Part shown: positions 10,574-23,640 of the stretch, in pieces
How the letters are laid out: each line of letters begins with the position of its first letter
How positions within the stretch are numbered: the stretch's first letter is position 1
NCBI RefSeq assembly: GCF_036971445.1
Contig: NC_091471.1
Location: 368,652,001-368,716,000 of the forward strand
Length of the DNA stretch: 64,000 nt
From: Narcine bancroftii
Taxonomy: Eukaryota
Direction of reading: 5' to 3'
The notes under the pieces: generated by a model
What the model was told of the DNA's origin: nothing
The model's database searches: none
The model's input: only the letters and a program-made list of their open reading frames with translations
Made by a program: the position numbers and the translations under genes

Positions 10574-13174
10574 GTAAGTAATTTTTTGATTTCATTTGAA
10601 TTGTACATTAGTTTAGTGTTGCATGTGCCTTGAGCAACTTGTTAGCCCATTTTTGTTGTGCTCCTAATTTAATGTGACTTATTATCATTTGAATATATTG
10701 CTCTGTGAATTCCATCTCTTTATTCAAAGTTTTTATGCACCTCACTGTTTGTGACCTCAGAATTAACCTGTACAAATTAGAGTCAATTTTATTTTAGTCT
10801 TCTGTGGTTGTCACACCTTGGAGGTCAGTGGAGAGTTCATTAGAGAAGAAAACATGAAAGCATTATGAATAGTGTCAAAATTTGAGATGTTGCAGGGAAG
10901 ACTCTTTTCAATTTTGGATGATGTGATGGATGAAGCAACAATACTAATCTTTGCTCCAGGTTCCCACTTTCAGTGATGCATGGTGTCGAATCCCACCAGC
11001 AATAACAAATCTGCCAGTTTGATCTCACTACTTAAATGAACTGCTAAGCAGAACCGAATTTTCATGTGACTTTTGACATAATGCATAGATTCGGTATGTA
11101 ATTGTTCAAGTGGATGAAGATTCATTTGTTGCATAGGTGAGATTTTGTTTGCCATCTACATCAGTGAATTGCTTCCCTTTATCTTGGGTTGCAACAAAAT
11201 ATTGTACCATTTTGCTGTGTAGTCTGGGCCTTTTTTAAAAAAAGATACATTAAATGGTATGGTTAGCATAATTAGAGCAAACAAGAATATTGATTCATGA
11301 TTTTTTTAATGAAAAAGTGTATTTTTCCTTCAAATGGAGCCTTCAAAAATCCATTTTAAAAAGGACACCTTTGCAAAATTTGCCACTTCTTCAATATATG
11401 GGGTAATTAAAATTCAATGTGGTTGTTTATTGCAACAAATGGCCTTGAGCGGTAGAATCATTGCTGGATGATATATAAAGATACATCATTTTGTTGCCAA
11501 GAGCTGTCCGAACACTCTAATTTTTTACATGTTTAATATAACCTAAAAATCATAATTATGCCATGATGAACAACTAAGAAGCTGTTGCAATAAAGTGGAA
11601 CGGGTTTCTGATTGTGCAATGAGTTACTGTATTTTGATTCAGGTGGCTGTTGCAGCTTTGAATAGTTGCTGCAAGGAAAAGTTAAGGTATGTCGACATTC
11701 CTCACATTGCTGAGAGATCTTCACTTGTTTGTGGTCAGAGGAAATATTTCTTAAAATGATTCGATAATAAGCTTTTCTGTTGCAATGTTTATTTTAATTT
11801 GCCTTCAAAATTGGCATAAAGAACAATGGCAATAAATATAAACATATTATAACCTTTGTATATTTAGTTTCTGCTCTAAATTTTACAAAGCAGATTCAGA
11901 ATTCTTAGTTTGAACAGATCCCCCAAATTTGATATGCAGGTTGAGTAAAAGCTTTGAATTGTTTGTGGGCAAGTACGATGAATATAATGAAAGCCAGATA
12001 TTTGCATGTAGAAGACTCTAATTGACACAGCCAGACATTTGCAAATGCCAAATCCATTGGGACACTATGTAGAGATTAACTTTCAGGAAAGAAATGAGTT
12101 GGTTTAGAATCTGGCAGAATCTTTGTTTCCGAGTATGATGTCATTGTTGATCCACAAAAAAACCTAGTGCTGGTGAATAGCTTCAGTTTAGCAATAAAAT
12201 TGATTTTATTCTATTCTTGAAAGTTCATTTTGACACAGCTTCATTAACCTGTTTATTGTGTTGTACTGGGGTGGAAGGCTTTGTCCAGTGCTTAACTATT
12301 GTTTCGTTGCTGAGCAACAGGCCATCCGTGTTTTTCCTAATATTTGTGAGTTAATGAGGTAGTTTGCAAAGAAAATTTGCTTTTTAAGATTTTTGTGCCA
12401 AAGCTGGTTAAACATTCTCATGCTTCATTAAAGCCGCTGTAAAATTAGATTCATATAATTATTTTAAAAATACAAACCATTTTCTTTGCAGTAAAATTTC
12501 CACAGAACAATATTGCCCGAGTGACATGGAAAGCATTGGTTATTATAACAATACCTGGACATTGAAAGTTGTACTTTGTGCTGAAGTTATTTCAATCCAT
12601 CTTCAATTTTTTTTCTACTGTTTCAACTAGTACTTATGGCAACTCATTTTTAGGACTGCAGGTGGAACTCCTTATCTTTTGCTTTGTTTTCAACTGTGAA
12701 AAGAATCTGTCGTTTTCCTCTTGGGTTGACACATTTGGAAGTGAATTAAACTCTCTTTCTTTCCTGGTTTGCTTGTGAGTTCAGAGTCGGCAGTGGGAGA
12801 GATCGCAGCTTCCTCTCACCTTCACATTGAGTTGCCTCATCAAATAGTACTGAGCATGTCTCGTCTTTCCCTGTACATCAGTTTATTCCTAATGTTCTTA
12901 GTAGCTGGCATTGTCTTTGCTTGGAGAAAGATATTCTGGTTTTCATGAGTGCCTCCTGTTAGTTGCTGGTGGTGTAGCATTTGGAACTGAGTTATGTTTG
13001 CTCAAAATCGCTTCACCTATTGCCAGCAGAAAGAGGAAACTCATCCAGAGAACTGGATTTGATTCCAGGCATGTGAAGTGAAAATTCAGTCTCCAGTTCA
13101 ACACACCAACTAGTTTCTCCTAAAGGTGCATTTCAGAAAAATTCAAAAGAAAACATTCCAATAATCTAAAATGA

Positions 13175-13445
13175 GTCATATAGAACGGAAAAAGGCCTTC
13201 AGCTCACCACCCACTTACACTATTCCAATGTAATCTCTTTTTTTATTCCCCCCATTTATTATTAGCGCCCCCCAGATTCAACCACTCTAAGGTCAACTTA
13301 CAGTGGTCATATAACCTAACAACCATCACATCTTTGGTATGTGGAAGTTGAAACACCTGGAATAAATCATGCATTCAGAGGGAGACCATACAATCTGCAA
13401 AGCACTCAACATCAGGAATGAGCCCAGATCACTGGAAGCATGTGA
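13175..13445 (-). mobile_element. Degraded V-domain-type SINE
   Basis: Decayed similarity to the SINE copies at 34240-34475 and 58933-59190. Confidence 0.55.
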
Positions 13446-13904
13446 CACTTGAAGTTAGTTTGCTTAAATCATTCGAATTTTTGAATTATTCACATTATTA
13501 TAGACTGAGCTTGCTTTGAACCTGCATATTTTGCAATGTGATTAATGTTGTCTATAGAAAGTATTCTCTCAAAACCAACAGACTTTTTAAAAAAAATTGT
13601 ATTTGATTCAATTAATTCCACAAGCTTCTTGAAAGAAAAGTGGGAAGTTTTCAGATTGTACTCTAGTGAAGAACTTTTGCAGTTAGGTTTAATTTCATTT
13701 TCTAAATTAAAAACTATTAATTTCCTGTTCTAGAAATACAGCAGCTAATGACGGGAACAAAATGTCCATTTGATCACGGCTAAATAATAAAGATGAAATG
13801 AACACCCTTCAGATGAGCACGTTTGTGTAATTTTAATTGGAATTTTTGCTATGAATGCAAAAAAATATCTGGAGATTTGAGAGTCTGGAGATGCTGAAAT
13901 CCCC

Positions 13905-14480
13905 CCTAGTGAAGGTCTCAAAGTCCTTTGTTTCTTTCTCAACACCCCAAGCCAGTACTCCTCCTCCACCTGGCAGAACTTGTTCTCCTCTTCAATAACT
14001 TCTCCTTTGCCACATCCCACTTTCTCAAGTTAAATGCGTTGCCATGGGCCAGCTTTGCCTGTCCTTTTGTTGGCTTTGTGGAGCAATTCATGCTACAAGC
14101 CTACACAGGCCAGGCTCCTCAATTCTTCCTCCACTATACTGACTACTACATTGGTGCTGTCTCATGCACTCAAATTGAGTTTGTCGACTTGATCCATTTT
14201 GCGGCTAATTTTCACCCTGATTTCAAATTCACGGTCCATCTCTAACAAGAATGTCCCTTTCTTGATCTCTGTGTCCATCACAGGAGACAAACACTCTGCA
14301 GATATTTTCTACAAATGTATCAACTTCCACAGTTATTTCAATGCCACCTCTTCACACTCTGTCCCTTGGAAGGAATCTATTCCTTTCTCTCAGTTCTTCC
14401 ACTTCCATCACATCTGCTCCCAGGATGAGGTCTTCCATACCAGAACATCCAAGATGTCTTCCTTCAAAAAAAATTCCCAT
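13905..14480 (+). mobile_element. Penelope-like retroelement RT fragment
   Basis: LLHLAELVLLFNNFSF...(AMG)...ACPFVGFVEQ, a degenerate YxDD (YTDY), ANFHPDFKFT, DIFYK...SHSVPWKESIPFSQF. Confidence 0.85.
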
Positions 14481-15364
14481 CTACAATGATATATTCTCGC
14501 ATTTTTCCTGAGATAATTTATTTATGCTGATTTTCCAAACCCTGTATATTGTCATTACTTTTGCCAGAGAGTGTTTTGACAGCGTTGCTTAGTTGTCCAG
14601 TTAAGTGTGGCTGCAAAATGTGCTATGCTGTCTATGGAATGACTTCTTGGCTCCTGTCAGTGTCTGGGAGGTGAAAACCCTGGTGCCGATGACCAAACTA
14701 TGGGGATTGCCCTTAACACATCATTTGATTGCAATAAATCATCTACTTGACTGCACATTTTATGGTTTAATTTGCATAATAAAGTGGATGCAGGATTACT
14801 TGTGTTGATGGAGCTCTGATGTGAAGCTGGAAATTTTTATCATGCACTTTATGAATTACATCAGTGAAAAGATGCATTACCTTATGTGGGCATTGATCAG
14901 AACAAATAGGTTGTGCTGTTGATTTGTCAAATCTTTTAAATATAAATACTGTACATAAGTGGGAATGAATAGCTCATTTGGGATGAGTTTTGCAACAGCT
15001 GTTTCCAATTGAGACAATGTGAACAATATAAAGTCCGTTCAATATGTAACTTAGTATAATCATAGAGTAAATGGTTTAGCAACTGTGTGTCAGTACTGAA
15101 TCATAAAATGTGTAATCTTTCATAATATGATTGATTTTAACATCTTAATTACATAGTTTGTAAAATATGCTGTATCAACTTCTTCAGCATGGGAATTAGA
15201 AGGCCCTGTTACTTAATGGTTACACGGGTTGGTGGTTTGTACATTTGTCATTTCTACATTAAATATATACTTGGAAAACTTACACAGCTTCCTTTTATAA
15301 ATCTTTTAAAACTTTTGTGTTCTATCTATGTGCATCGTTTTGAACAGACCCAGTTGTTTATAAA

Positions 15365-16985
15365 GTTAAGAGGGAGGGGAGATAAAGAAGGCAATGTGCC
15401 TGGAGGCAGAGGAGGTAGTGGAGGTCCACAATGAATATTTTGCTTCTGTGTTCACCAGAGTGAGGGATCTTGGTCGATGTAAGGTCAACATAGAACAAGC
15501 TGATGTGAACGTGAAGAAAGAGGAAGTACTGGATCTTCTCAAAGGCATTAGGATTGATAGTTTTCAAGACTGGATGAGATATACCCCAGGTAACTACAGG
15601 AAGTAAGGGAAGAGATTGCTTGGGCGTTGGCATGATCTTTGTACCTCCCTGGCCCTAGGGGAGGTACCGGAAGATTGGAGAATGGCAAATGTAGACCCTT
15701 TTTTTTAAAAAAAAGGAGAATCCTGGGAATTATAGGCAAGTGAGTCTTGTGTCAGTGGTGTGCAAACTATTGTAGAGGATTCTTAGGGATAGGATTTATG
15801 AGCATTTGGAGAAGTCCAGTCTTCTCGGAGACAGTCAGCATAGCTTTGTGAAGGGAAGCCTAATTGAGTCTTTTGAGGAAATGACAAAAGAAATTGATGA
15901 AGGTAGGGTCATAGTGGTGCAGATGGACACTAGTAAGGTATTTGACAAGGTCGACTCAGTCAGAAAGTCATGAAACAAGGGAACCATGGAACCTTGCTGT
16001 TTGGATTCAGAATGGCTTGCTTACAGAAAGCAGAGGGTAGTAGTATGTAAAATATATTCTGCCTGGAGGTTAGTGACTAGTGGAGTTCCATTGGGATCTG
16101 TTCTGGGACGCCCCCTGCTCTTTGAGATTTTATTAAATGACCTGGTGAAGAAGCAGATGATACAAAGGGTGGTGGTGTGTATAATGTAGGAGGTTGTCAT
16201 AGGTTACATCAGAATGTAGACAGAATATAGAGTTGGTTGGAAAAGTGGTAGATGGAGTTCAATCCAAATAGGTGCGAAGTGATGCATTTTGGAAAGCAAC
16301 TTAAGGCAGAGTAGATGGTTAATGGTAGGATTCTTACCAGTGTCCAAATCCATATATCTCAAGGTTTGAACAAATGTTGATAAGATAGTTAAGAAGACGT
16401 CTGGTATGCTGTTTTCATTCCACAGGGATCGTGTTCAAGAGTTGAGAGGTAATGTTGCAACCCTCAAAACTCTGGTTAGACTACACTTGGAATATTCTGT
16501 TCCATTCTGGTTGCCTCATTATAGGAAGGATGTGGAGAGGGTGCAGAGGAGAATTACCACGATGTTACTTAGATTGGAGAATATGAGGCAAGGTTAACAG
16601 AGGTTGGGCTTTTCTCTTTGGAGTGAAGAAGGATGAAAGGTGACTTAATTGAGGACTACAAGATTATGGGAGGCATAAAGATGGCCAGCACCTTTTTCCC
16701 AGGGCAGGCGTAGCAAACACCAGAAAACATCTGTACAAGATGAAGGGAAAAACATTTAGGGTAGATGTGAAAGTTAAGCCTTTTACACATAGAGTAGTGG
16801 GTTCCTGTAATGTGTTTCCAGGGGTGGTAATGGAGGCTGGGGACATAGGGACTTTTAGACCAGCTCATGGATGCAAGAAAAATAGTGTAATGGTTGTAAA
16901 GGCGAGAAGGTTTAGTTTGTTGAGGAGGTTTATATAGGTCAGCACAACATTATGCCTGTTCTGTGCTGTAACGTTCTATGTTTTT
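15365..16985 (+). mobile_element. Degraded CR1 LINE ORF2 fragment
   Basis: NEYFASVFT, WLAYRKQRVVV...VTSGVPLGSVLG and TLVRLHLEYSVPFW motifs with many frameshifts. Confidence 0.92.
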
Positions 16986-17067
16986 CTTGTACAGTTGATT
17001 ATAGGTTTGAATCTTAGTGAAGATTCAGTTCAAAACGGTCTTATTTTTGTATTATTACACAAGTGTA

Positions 17068-19460
17068 ACAAGCATGTTAAGGAACCCACAAGAGAAAATG
17101 CTCTCCTGGATCTAGTGTTGTGCAATGAGATAGGTAGAGTAAATGATGTAATCGTCAGAGACCATCTGGGAAATAGCGATCATAGTCGGATTGAATTTCC
17201 CATTCAGATGGAAGGGGAAATAGTTAGATCTAAAACTAATATATTATGCTTAAACAGGGGTGACTAGGATGAGGGAGCAATTGGGCAGAGTGGACTGGGA
17301 GCACAGGCTAATTGATGAAACAGTTGAGGAACAGTGGAAGATTTTCAAAGAAATATTTTGAAATGCTCAACAAAAATATATTCCGGTCAAGAAAAAGGGC
17401 AGCAAGGGAGGGAAAAATCAACCGTGGTTAACAAAGGAAATAAAGGAGAGCATAAAATTGAAGGCGCAGGTGTACAAAGCTGCAAAGAGCAGTGGGAAAC
17501 TGGAAGATTGGGAAAACTTTAAGAGACAACAAGGGGTTACAAAGCAGGTAATAAGAAATGGGAAAAAGGATTATGAAAGTAAATTGACACAAAATATAAA
17601 AACAGAAAGCAAAATATTTTATAAATATATAAAACGGAAGAGGGTGGCCAGAGTTAACATAGGACCCTTGGAGGATGAGAAAGGAAAACTGGTAGCAAAA
17701 AATGAGGAAATGGCCGAGGCATTGAACAAATATTTTGTGTCAGTCTTCACGGTGGAAGACACGTCCAGCATGCCCAAGTGCAGAGTTATGGATGTGAATG
17801 TTGGGGAAGGCCTTGATAAAATAGTTGTTACAAAAGAAGTAGTGATGGAGAAACTAATGGGACTAAAGCCAAGCAAATCACCTGGTCCTGATGATATGCA
17901 TCCAAGAGTTCTGAAGGAAATGGCAGAAGTTATAGTTGATGCATTGGTGGTCATAGACCAAAATTCCTTGGATTCTGGGCAGGTCTCGGCAGACTGGAAG
18001 ACAGCAAACGTCACGCCACTTTTTAAGAAGGGATGTAGGCAGAAGACTGGAAATTATCGGCCAATTAGTTTGACATCTGTAGTTGGAAAAATGCTTGAAG
18101 CCGCCATTAAAGATGAAATAGTGAAACTTTTGGAACGTAAGGGTTCAATCAGGCAGATGCAGCGTGATTTTAGAAAGGGAAGATCTTGTTTGACAAACTT
18201 GTTAGGATTCTTTGAGGATATAATGGGTGTGGTCGATAGAGGGGAACACGTTGATGTTGTATATTTGGATTTCTAGAAAGTGTTTGATAAGGTGCCGCAC
18301 AAGAGACTTATCAGTCAGTTACAGGAAAGTGGAGTCTGGGGAAGTATATTGGCATGGATCGAAAATTGGTTGTCGGACAGGAAGTAGAGAGTCGGGATAA
18401 GTGGGAGTTTTTCAGGTTGGCAGAGAGTGGTCAGTGGGGTGCCGCAGGGGTTGGTGCTAGGCCCACAACTGTTCATCATTTACATCGATGACTTGAAGGA
18501 GGGGACAAAATGTGGTGTAGCCAAGTTTGCAGATTGACACCAAATTGAGTGGAAGAGCAAATTATAATGAGCATGTGGAGAGTCTGCAGAGGGATAGAGT
18601 TAAGCTGGATGAGTGGGCAAAGGTCTGGCAGATGGAGTACAATGTTAGTAAGTGTGAGGTTATCCACTTTGGCAAGAAAAATAAAAGAGCTGAATTTTAT
18701 TTAAAGGGTGAAAAACTACAGCATGCTGTTGTGCAGAGGGACTTGGGAGTGCTTGTGCATGAATCGCAAAAAAGTTAGGTTGTAGGTGCAGCAGGTTATT
18801 AAGAAGGCAAATGGAATGTTGGCCTTCATCGCTAGAGGAATTGAATTCAGGAGTAGGGAGGTAATGTTACAACTGTATAAGGTACTGGTGAGACCGCACC
18901 TGGAGTACTGTGTCCAGTTCTGGTCTCCATATTTGAGGAAGGGTATACTGGCTTTGGAGACGGTCCAGAGGAGGTTTACTAGGTTGATCCCTGGGATGAA
19001 GGGCTTGACTTATGATGAAAGATTAAATTGTCTAGGATTGTATTCGCTCGAGTTCAGAAGAATGAGAGGAGATCTTATAGAAACATATAGGATTATGAAG
19101 GGTATGGATAGGATAGATGTAGGATGGTTTTTTGAGGTGGCCAGGGAAACTAAAACGAGAGGACACGGTCTCAAGATTCTGGGGAGTAGATTTAGGACAG
19201 AGATGAGGAAAAATAGTTTTTCCCAGAGAGTAGTGAATGTTTAGAATTCTCTATCCAGGAAAGTGGTTGAGGCTGCTTCATTAAACGTATTTAAAATTCG
19301 GTTAGATAATTTTTACATGATAGAGGAATTGGGGGATATGGGGAGAAGGCAGGTAGGTGGAGTTAGGTCATAAATTAGATCAGCCTTGATCTTATTGAAT
19401 GGCGGAGCAGGCCCAATGGGCCATTTTTGGCCTACTCCTGTTTCTACTTCCTATGTTCCT
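17068..19460 (+). mobile_element. Relatively young 5'-truncated CR1 LINE (end of APE endonuclease, RT, 3' UTR), disabled
   Basis: EPTRENALLDLVL...DHLGNSDH, KSPGPD, WKTANVTPLFKKG, NYRPISLTSVVGK, YLDF*KVFDKVPH, a frameshift in the FADD motif near 18533, RPHLEYCVQFWSP, tail cctatgttcct. Confidence 0.97.
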
Positions 19461-20333
19461 AACGGAAATCTTAATAATAATCCCACTGTCCTGCTCTCTC
19501 CTGGTGACCCACTGCCTGTTCTCTGTTGCTGTGGGCAGCTCATGGAGAGGGGTGAGGGCAATTGTAAGTGTGGCTGGGTCCAGCACCAACCCGGCAAGGT
19601 ATCTTTCCCAGTACATCACTGATTGACACTAGATCTGTCAGATTGCGCTGTAATTAAACAGCCAAGATAAAAGGCAGAGTCTATCTGGTTGTTAGCAAAT
19701 AGTTCACCAGGGAAAACCTGACCAGCAGGCACTTGGGGCTGAGCCCATCTCAGATGTCTGTGCATTCTCCCATAAATACAGAGGTCTGAAATGAGCTGGT
19801 GGTGAAATAGTGACGCATCCTCTACTAGACTCACCATTTTGTTAGGTGGGTGAAGCACTGTTGTGTTGCTGGGAGGAGAATGAGAGATGATTTAATTCAT
19901 AAGTACATAATTCATGGTCTTGACAAGACAGATGTGGGGTGGCTGTTGGCCTTTCAAAATAGGGCTTGATCATTCATGAATAAGATAAAAAGTTTGTATG
20001 AAAAGGCATTGAATCTGGAACTTTACTGAAAAAGGGTGTGAATGCTCAGTTACTGAATGTATTCAAGACAGTCACTGACGGACCTTCAGATATCAAGGGA
20101 GAGGAAATTAGTGTTAGGGGGTGGCATCAGCCCCCACACTGATCCCACTGCCCCGCTCTCAGCTGTCCCCAGGTGTCTCTAGTCACCTTGTGTGGTGAGC
20201 AAGGTGGTCTGTGGGTTTGTCCTCAATTTGAACAGTCTGAAGTCACCAACCCCCAACAATAGATAGCAGTGATGTTACAAAATTATGTTATTAGTAATTT
20301 TTAAGTTATAAATATTTTTATTAAAGGGACTTT

Positions 20334-21218
20334 GTGGATTGGATATAGGAACACTGACACAAAGACAGATCACACATTCATGTTAACAGATAAGAAAGGT
20401 CTTCCAGAGATGGTGGAATTCTTAATTCAAGGCGGTAAGAATTTTGGATTGTGCTATTGAAAGTCCAGAGACAATGGATGTTTTAGCATTCTGCTTGTTA
20501 GTCTGTGCAGAGAGCCCAGATGTTTTCTTGTTAACTTTTGGAAGAATTTGAACTTCAACCACTCAGAGAGACACCTATATAATCTGTATAAACAACCAGG
20601 AGACCATCTGCCATGATTCATGCTTTTGGAGAAATGAAACTGAACCAGTGTTTGATCAAAGCAGTCATGCGATTAAAGACACTTGAAGAAGACATCTTTA
20701 ATATTGAACCATGCTTCATCTAAACCTTCCCTGTTGACAGGGAAAAGACACAGAATCAATGTGGTTTTGGGAAATGATGGCCACTTGACTGCTTCTCTTG
20801 GTCAAGAGAGAGCAGCGCCACTGTAATCATTTTAATGGTTGCTTCATTTAACCCTGCCTGGGTTTGTGAAATCATTATGTGAAATACAAGTTCCACAACC
20901 TTCATGCAAGAGAGGGGAATTGGAGGAAAAAAAGCCATTTATATGAAGAAATATTTCTCTGAAAGCAAATCTACAAGAATTTGTGAGTTTGAGAATTTTG
21001 AACAGCAGTTTAAAGACTGAGTTTCAACATAAAAGATTTCTGACTGAACTTTAAATGTGAATCATCTCTTCAGAATGTACCCCCAACCATCCACTCACAT
21101 GCACAAAAAAATTGAGTTAAGTAAAATTTTATATATTAATAGTTATTAATTTAAATTATTGTTTTGAAGATACCATCGTCTTGGTGATTTTTTATTGTTG
21201 CTGGTCTATGTTGTAGCA
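20334..21218 (+). mobile_element. Possible solo-LTR-like repeat
   Basis: TG...CA bounded segment with an LTR-U5-like end (gtcttggtgattttttattgttgctgg). No TSD seen. Confidence 0.3.
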
Positions 21219-21304
21219 AATGATTTGTAAGGGATTACTTAAGATGGTCTGTGAGTGGAAAGAAAAAGTTTGCAAACTGCTGCTATAGATCATTACTTGC
21301 AATA

Positions 21305-21525
21305 GATTTTCCCATGCTCTTTTATAAATTGTGTGTGTATTTTATTCCCAGTACGATTTTCCCATGCTCTTCTATAAATTGTGTGTGTATTTTATTCCCA
21401 GTACGATTTTGCCATGCTCTTTTATAAATTGTGTGTGTATTTTATTCCCAGTACGATTTTCCCATGCTCTTTTATAAATTGTGTGTGTATTTTATTCCCA
21501 GTACGATTTTCCCATGCTCTTCTAT
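21305..21525. repeat. Minisatellite, 50-bp unit, about 4.4 copies
   Basis: Unit GATTTTCCCATGCTCTTTTATAAATTGTGTGTGTATTTTATTCCCAGTAC starts at 21305, 21355, 21405, 21455 and 21505, with very few differences. Confidence 0.97.
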
Positions 21526-21980
21526 TAATTGTTGTGTGTTAATAAAAGTAAAGTTTGATAGCAAACCCTTGTGTCCAGACTCGTCTCTCAGGTACTTAAC
21601 ACTTTCTCAACACAACGATGACCTGTGTGGGACTGACAGTAGGCCACTGGGAGAGTCACCTGACAGCCACCAGCTATTTTTTGGGGGGATAAACTTGGGT
21701 CTAACATGCTGTAAAATATGATGAGTTGTACATTACACTTGACGCCTCTTTTGCTCCCGGAATGCCAGCTTGATGTGTAAAAAGACCCACTGACACGGTG
21801 TTCAGTTCAGTGTAAACGATGAAAGTTGGCTTCATGCCAGGTCTTCCTTGCAGCAATATCACAGGATTTCAGTCTAAAAAATGTAAATGTTGCACTCATT
21901 CTTGATGGGAGTGTGAAGTTGCAATGACTCTCACTTGTACCTGCTCCAGCAACTTGCACCAGGCTACTTTTGACACATTT

Positions 21981-22452
21981 GGCCCTTTCAACCTGCCGAG
22001 TAAAATGGGGTTAACTGGGCAATTTGCATGGTTAGTGCCCCAGTTATATGGCAGTTTGAAAGGGTCCTACTAGGTCAACCCTGTCGGAACCCAGTAAAAC
22101 TTGCCTAGGTGTCGTCCATGGCCAATTTGTTAATGAAAATGACTGACCCGCTTATTCCGGTGATATCAGCGCTTGCATGCATGCATCACCGTGGCAGCCA
22201 GCATCTGAACATCCTTCCCTTTCACCATTTGGACTTTGGACTTCGATTCTTAACTTCTGGCTGTAGTTTTGGTAAGTGCGTGATACTTCGTTCACCACAT
22301 CATCACTGGGGCGGGATCCTCCTTAAATCGCTGGGTTGGCAATTTAAAGGGTCGATCCTCCTTGCGATTTGAAAGGTGCTTTCAGCACCTTTGCCCCAGT
22401 AATCGCACCTGGGTTGCAGGAGGGCTACCGTATGCTGCAGTTTGAAAGGGCC
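21981..22452. mobile_element. MITE, probably PIF/Harbinger-type
   Basis: TIRs GGCCCTTTCAACCTGC and GCAGTTTGAAAGGGCC (15/16 match), internal TTTGAAAGG subrepeats, CpG-rich. TSD not clean. Confidence 0.7.
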
Positions 22453-22594
22453 TCGTGTTTTCCATCAGGAGTATAATAAAAGGGACAAAGATAAGATCAA
22501 ATATTATTTATTAATGTTTTAGTTTTTAATTTTTTTATATTTTTAAAAGTTTGAGTTGAATAATTTGAATGGTTTTAAGTGGTTCAAATTGTCA

Positions 22595-23105
22595 GAAAAA
22601 CAAAGTTTTTTGCATTTGGTTTGGTGAGGTGTAGGGCTTTACAGTCATCAAAGTATTGTTCATTTGTTCTGTGAATGCCCATCAGGTATCCAAACATTGT
22701 TTGCCTGCAGCACATCCTCTGACAACTTGTTCTTTGTTTCCATGTCCTTCTATGATAAACCTGTAAGTCAGAAACTCTATCGAGCGCGTCCTGACCGGCT
22801 ACTTCCACTCCATATACTGCATCTTTCAGCTGTTCCTGTCGGGGAAGAGATACAGGAGGATCAGAGCCAGCACCACCAGGGTGAGGAACACCTTCTTCCC
22901 ACAGGCAGTGAGAATGCTAAATGACCAAAGGAACTGCTCACACTAAACCATCCAAGACTCTCATTTGTACAACACAATATTTGTCCTGCATATGTATTAT
23001 TTATTTGTATGTGTGTTATGTCTGGTTGTGTATCTGAATGTTTTTGCACTGAGGACCAGAGAACACTGTTCTGTTGGGTTGTACAATCAGATGACCATAA
23101 ACTTC
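22595..23105 (+). mobile_element. Rex1/Babar-type LINE 3' fragment
   Basis: LFQLFLSGKRYR-like RT C-terminal remnant followed by the same type of 3' UTR as the copy at 24885-25540. Confidence 0.7.
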
Positions 23106-23429
23106 AGAAGAAATGTCAAAATATTACTTTTTACCGAATAATGGGAATCAAATTCATTCATTGAATTGTGCCTTACTTACATATTCAGTGAGGATTTTGT
23201 GAGAAGGCTCCACCTAGCCTGTCAGATTAGATGCACAGTTCAAGATAGTGCCAGATACTTAAGTTCATTAGGTATCGAGACATTGTTCAGCCAACTCCTG
23301 CTGACAGAATAGGTCAGGCACCATCTGAGGTGAGAAACAGAGTTAAAGTTTCAGGTTAATCTATCACATCATTCTTTGATAGAATATTTAGCTTAAGCTT
23401 TTAGCATTTGCTACTTTTCAACAAAAAAA

Positions 23430-23640
23430 AGTTAGACATGCAGCACGGTAACTGGCCCTTCTGGCACAGGAGCCCTTGCCACCCAAATGCACTGATTAAC
23501 CAACAAATCCCATCTGTTTTTGGAGGGTGGGAGGAAATTGGAGTCCCCGGAGGAAAGGCATGCAAACATGGGGAGAATGAAGAAACTCCTTAGAGACAAC
23601 ACTGGATTTAAACTTGGGACATTGGTGGTGAACACCACTT
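23430..23640 (-). mobile_element. tRNA-derived V-domain SINE
   Basis: Similar to 58933-59190 in reverse, with a minus-strand B-box remnant (ggatttaaac). Confidence 0.7.

Noticed and set aside
17458-19244. Functional reverse transcriptase gene
   Set aside because: In-frame stops and a frameshift in the catalytic FADD motif show a dead CR1 copy.
21305-21525. CRISPR-like array
   Set aside because: Units are contiguous and near-identical with no unique spacers, so this is a minisatellite.
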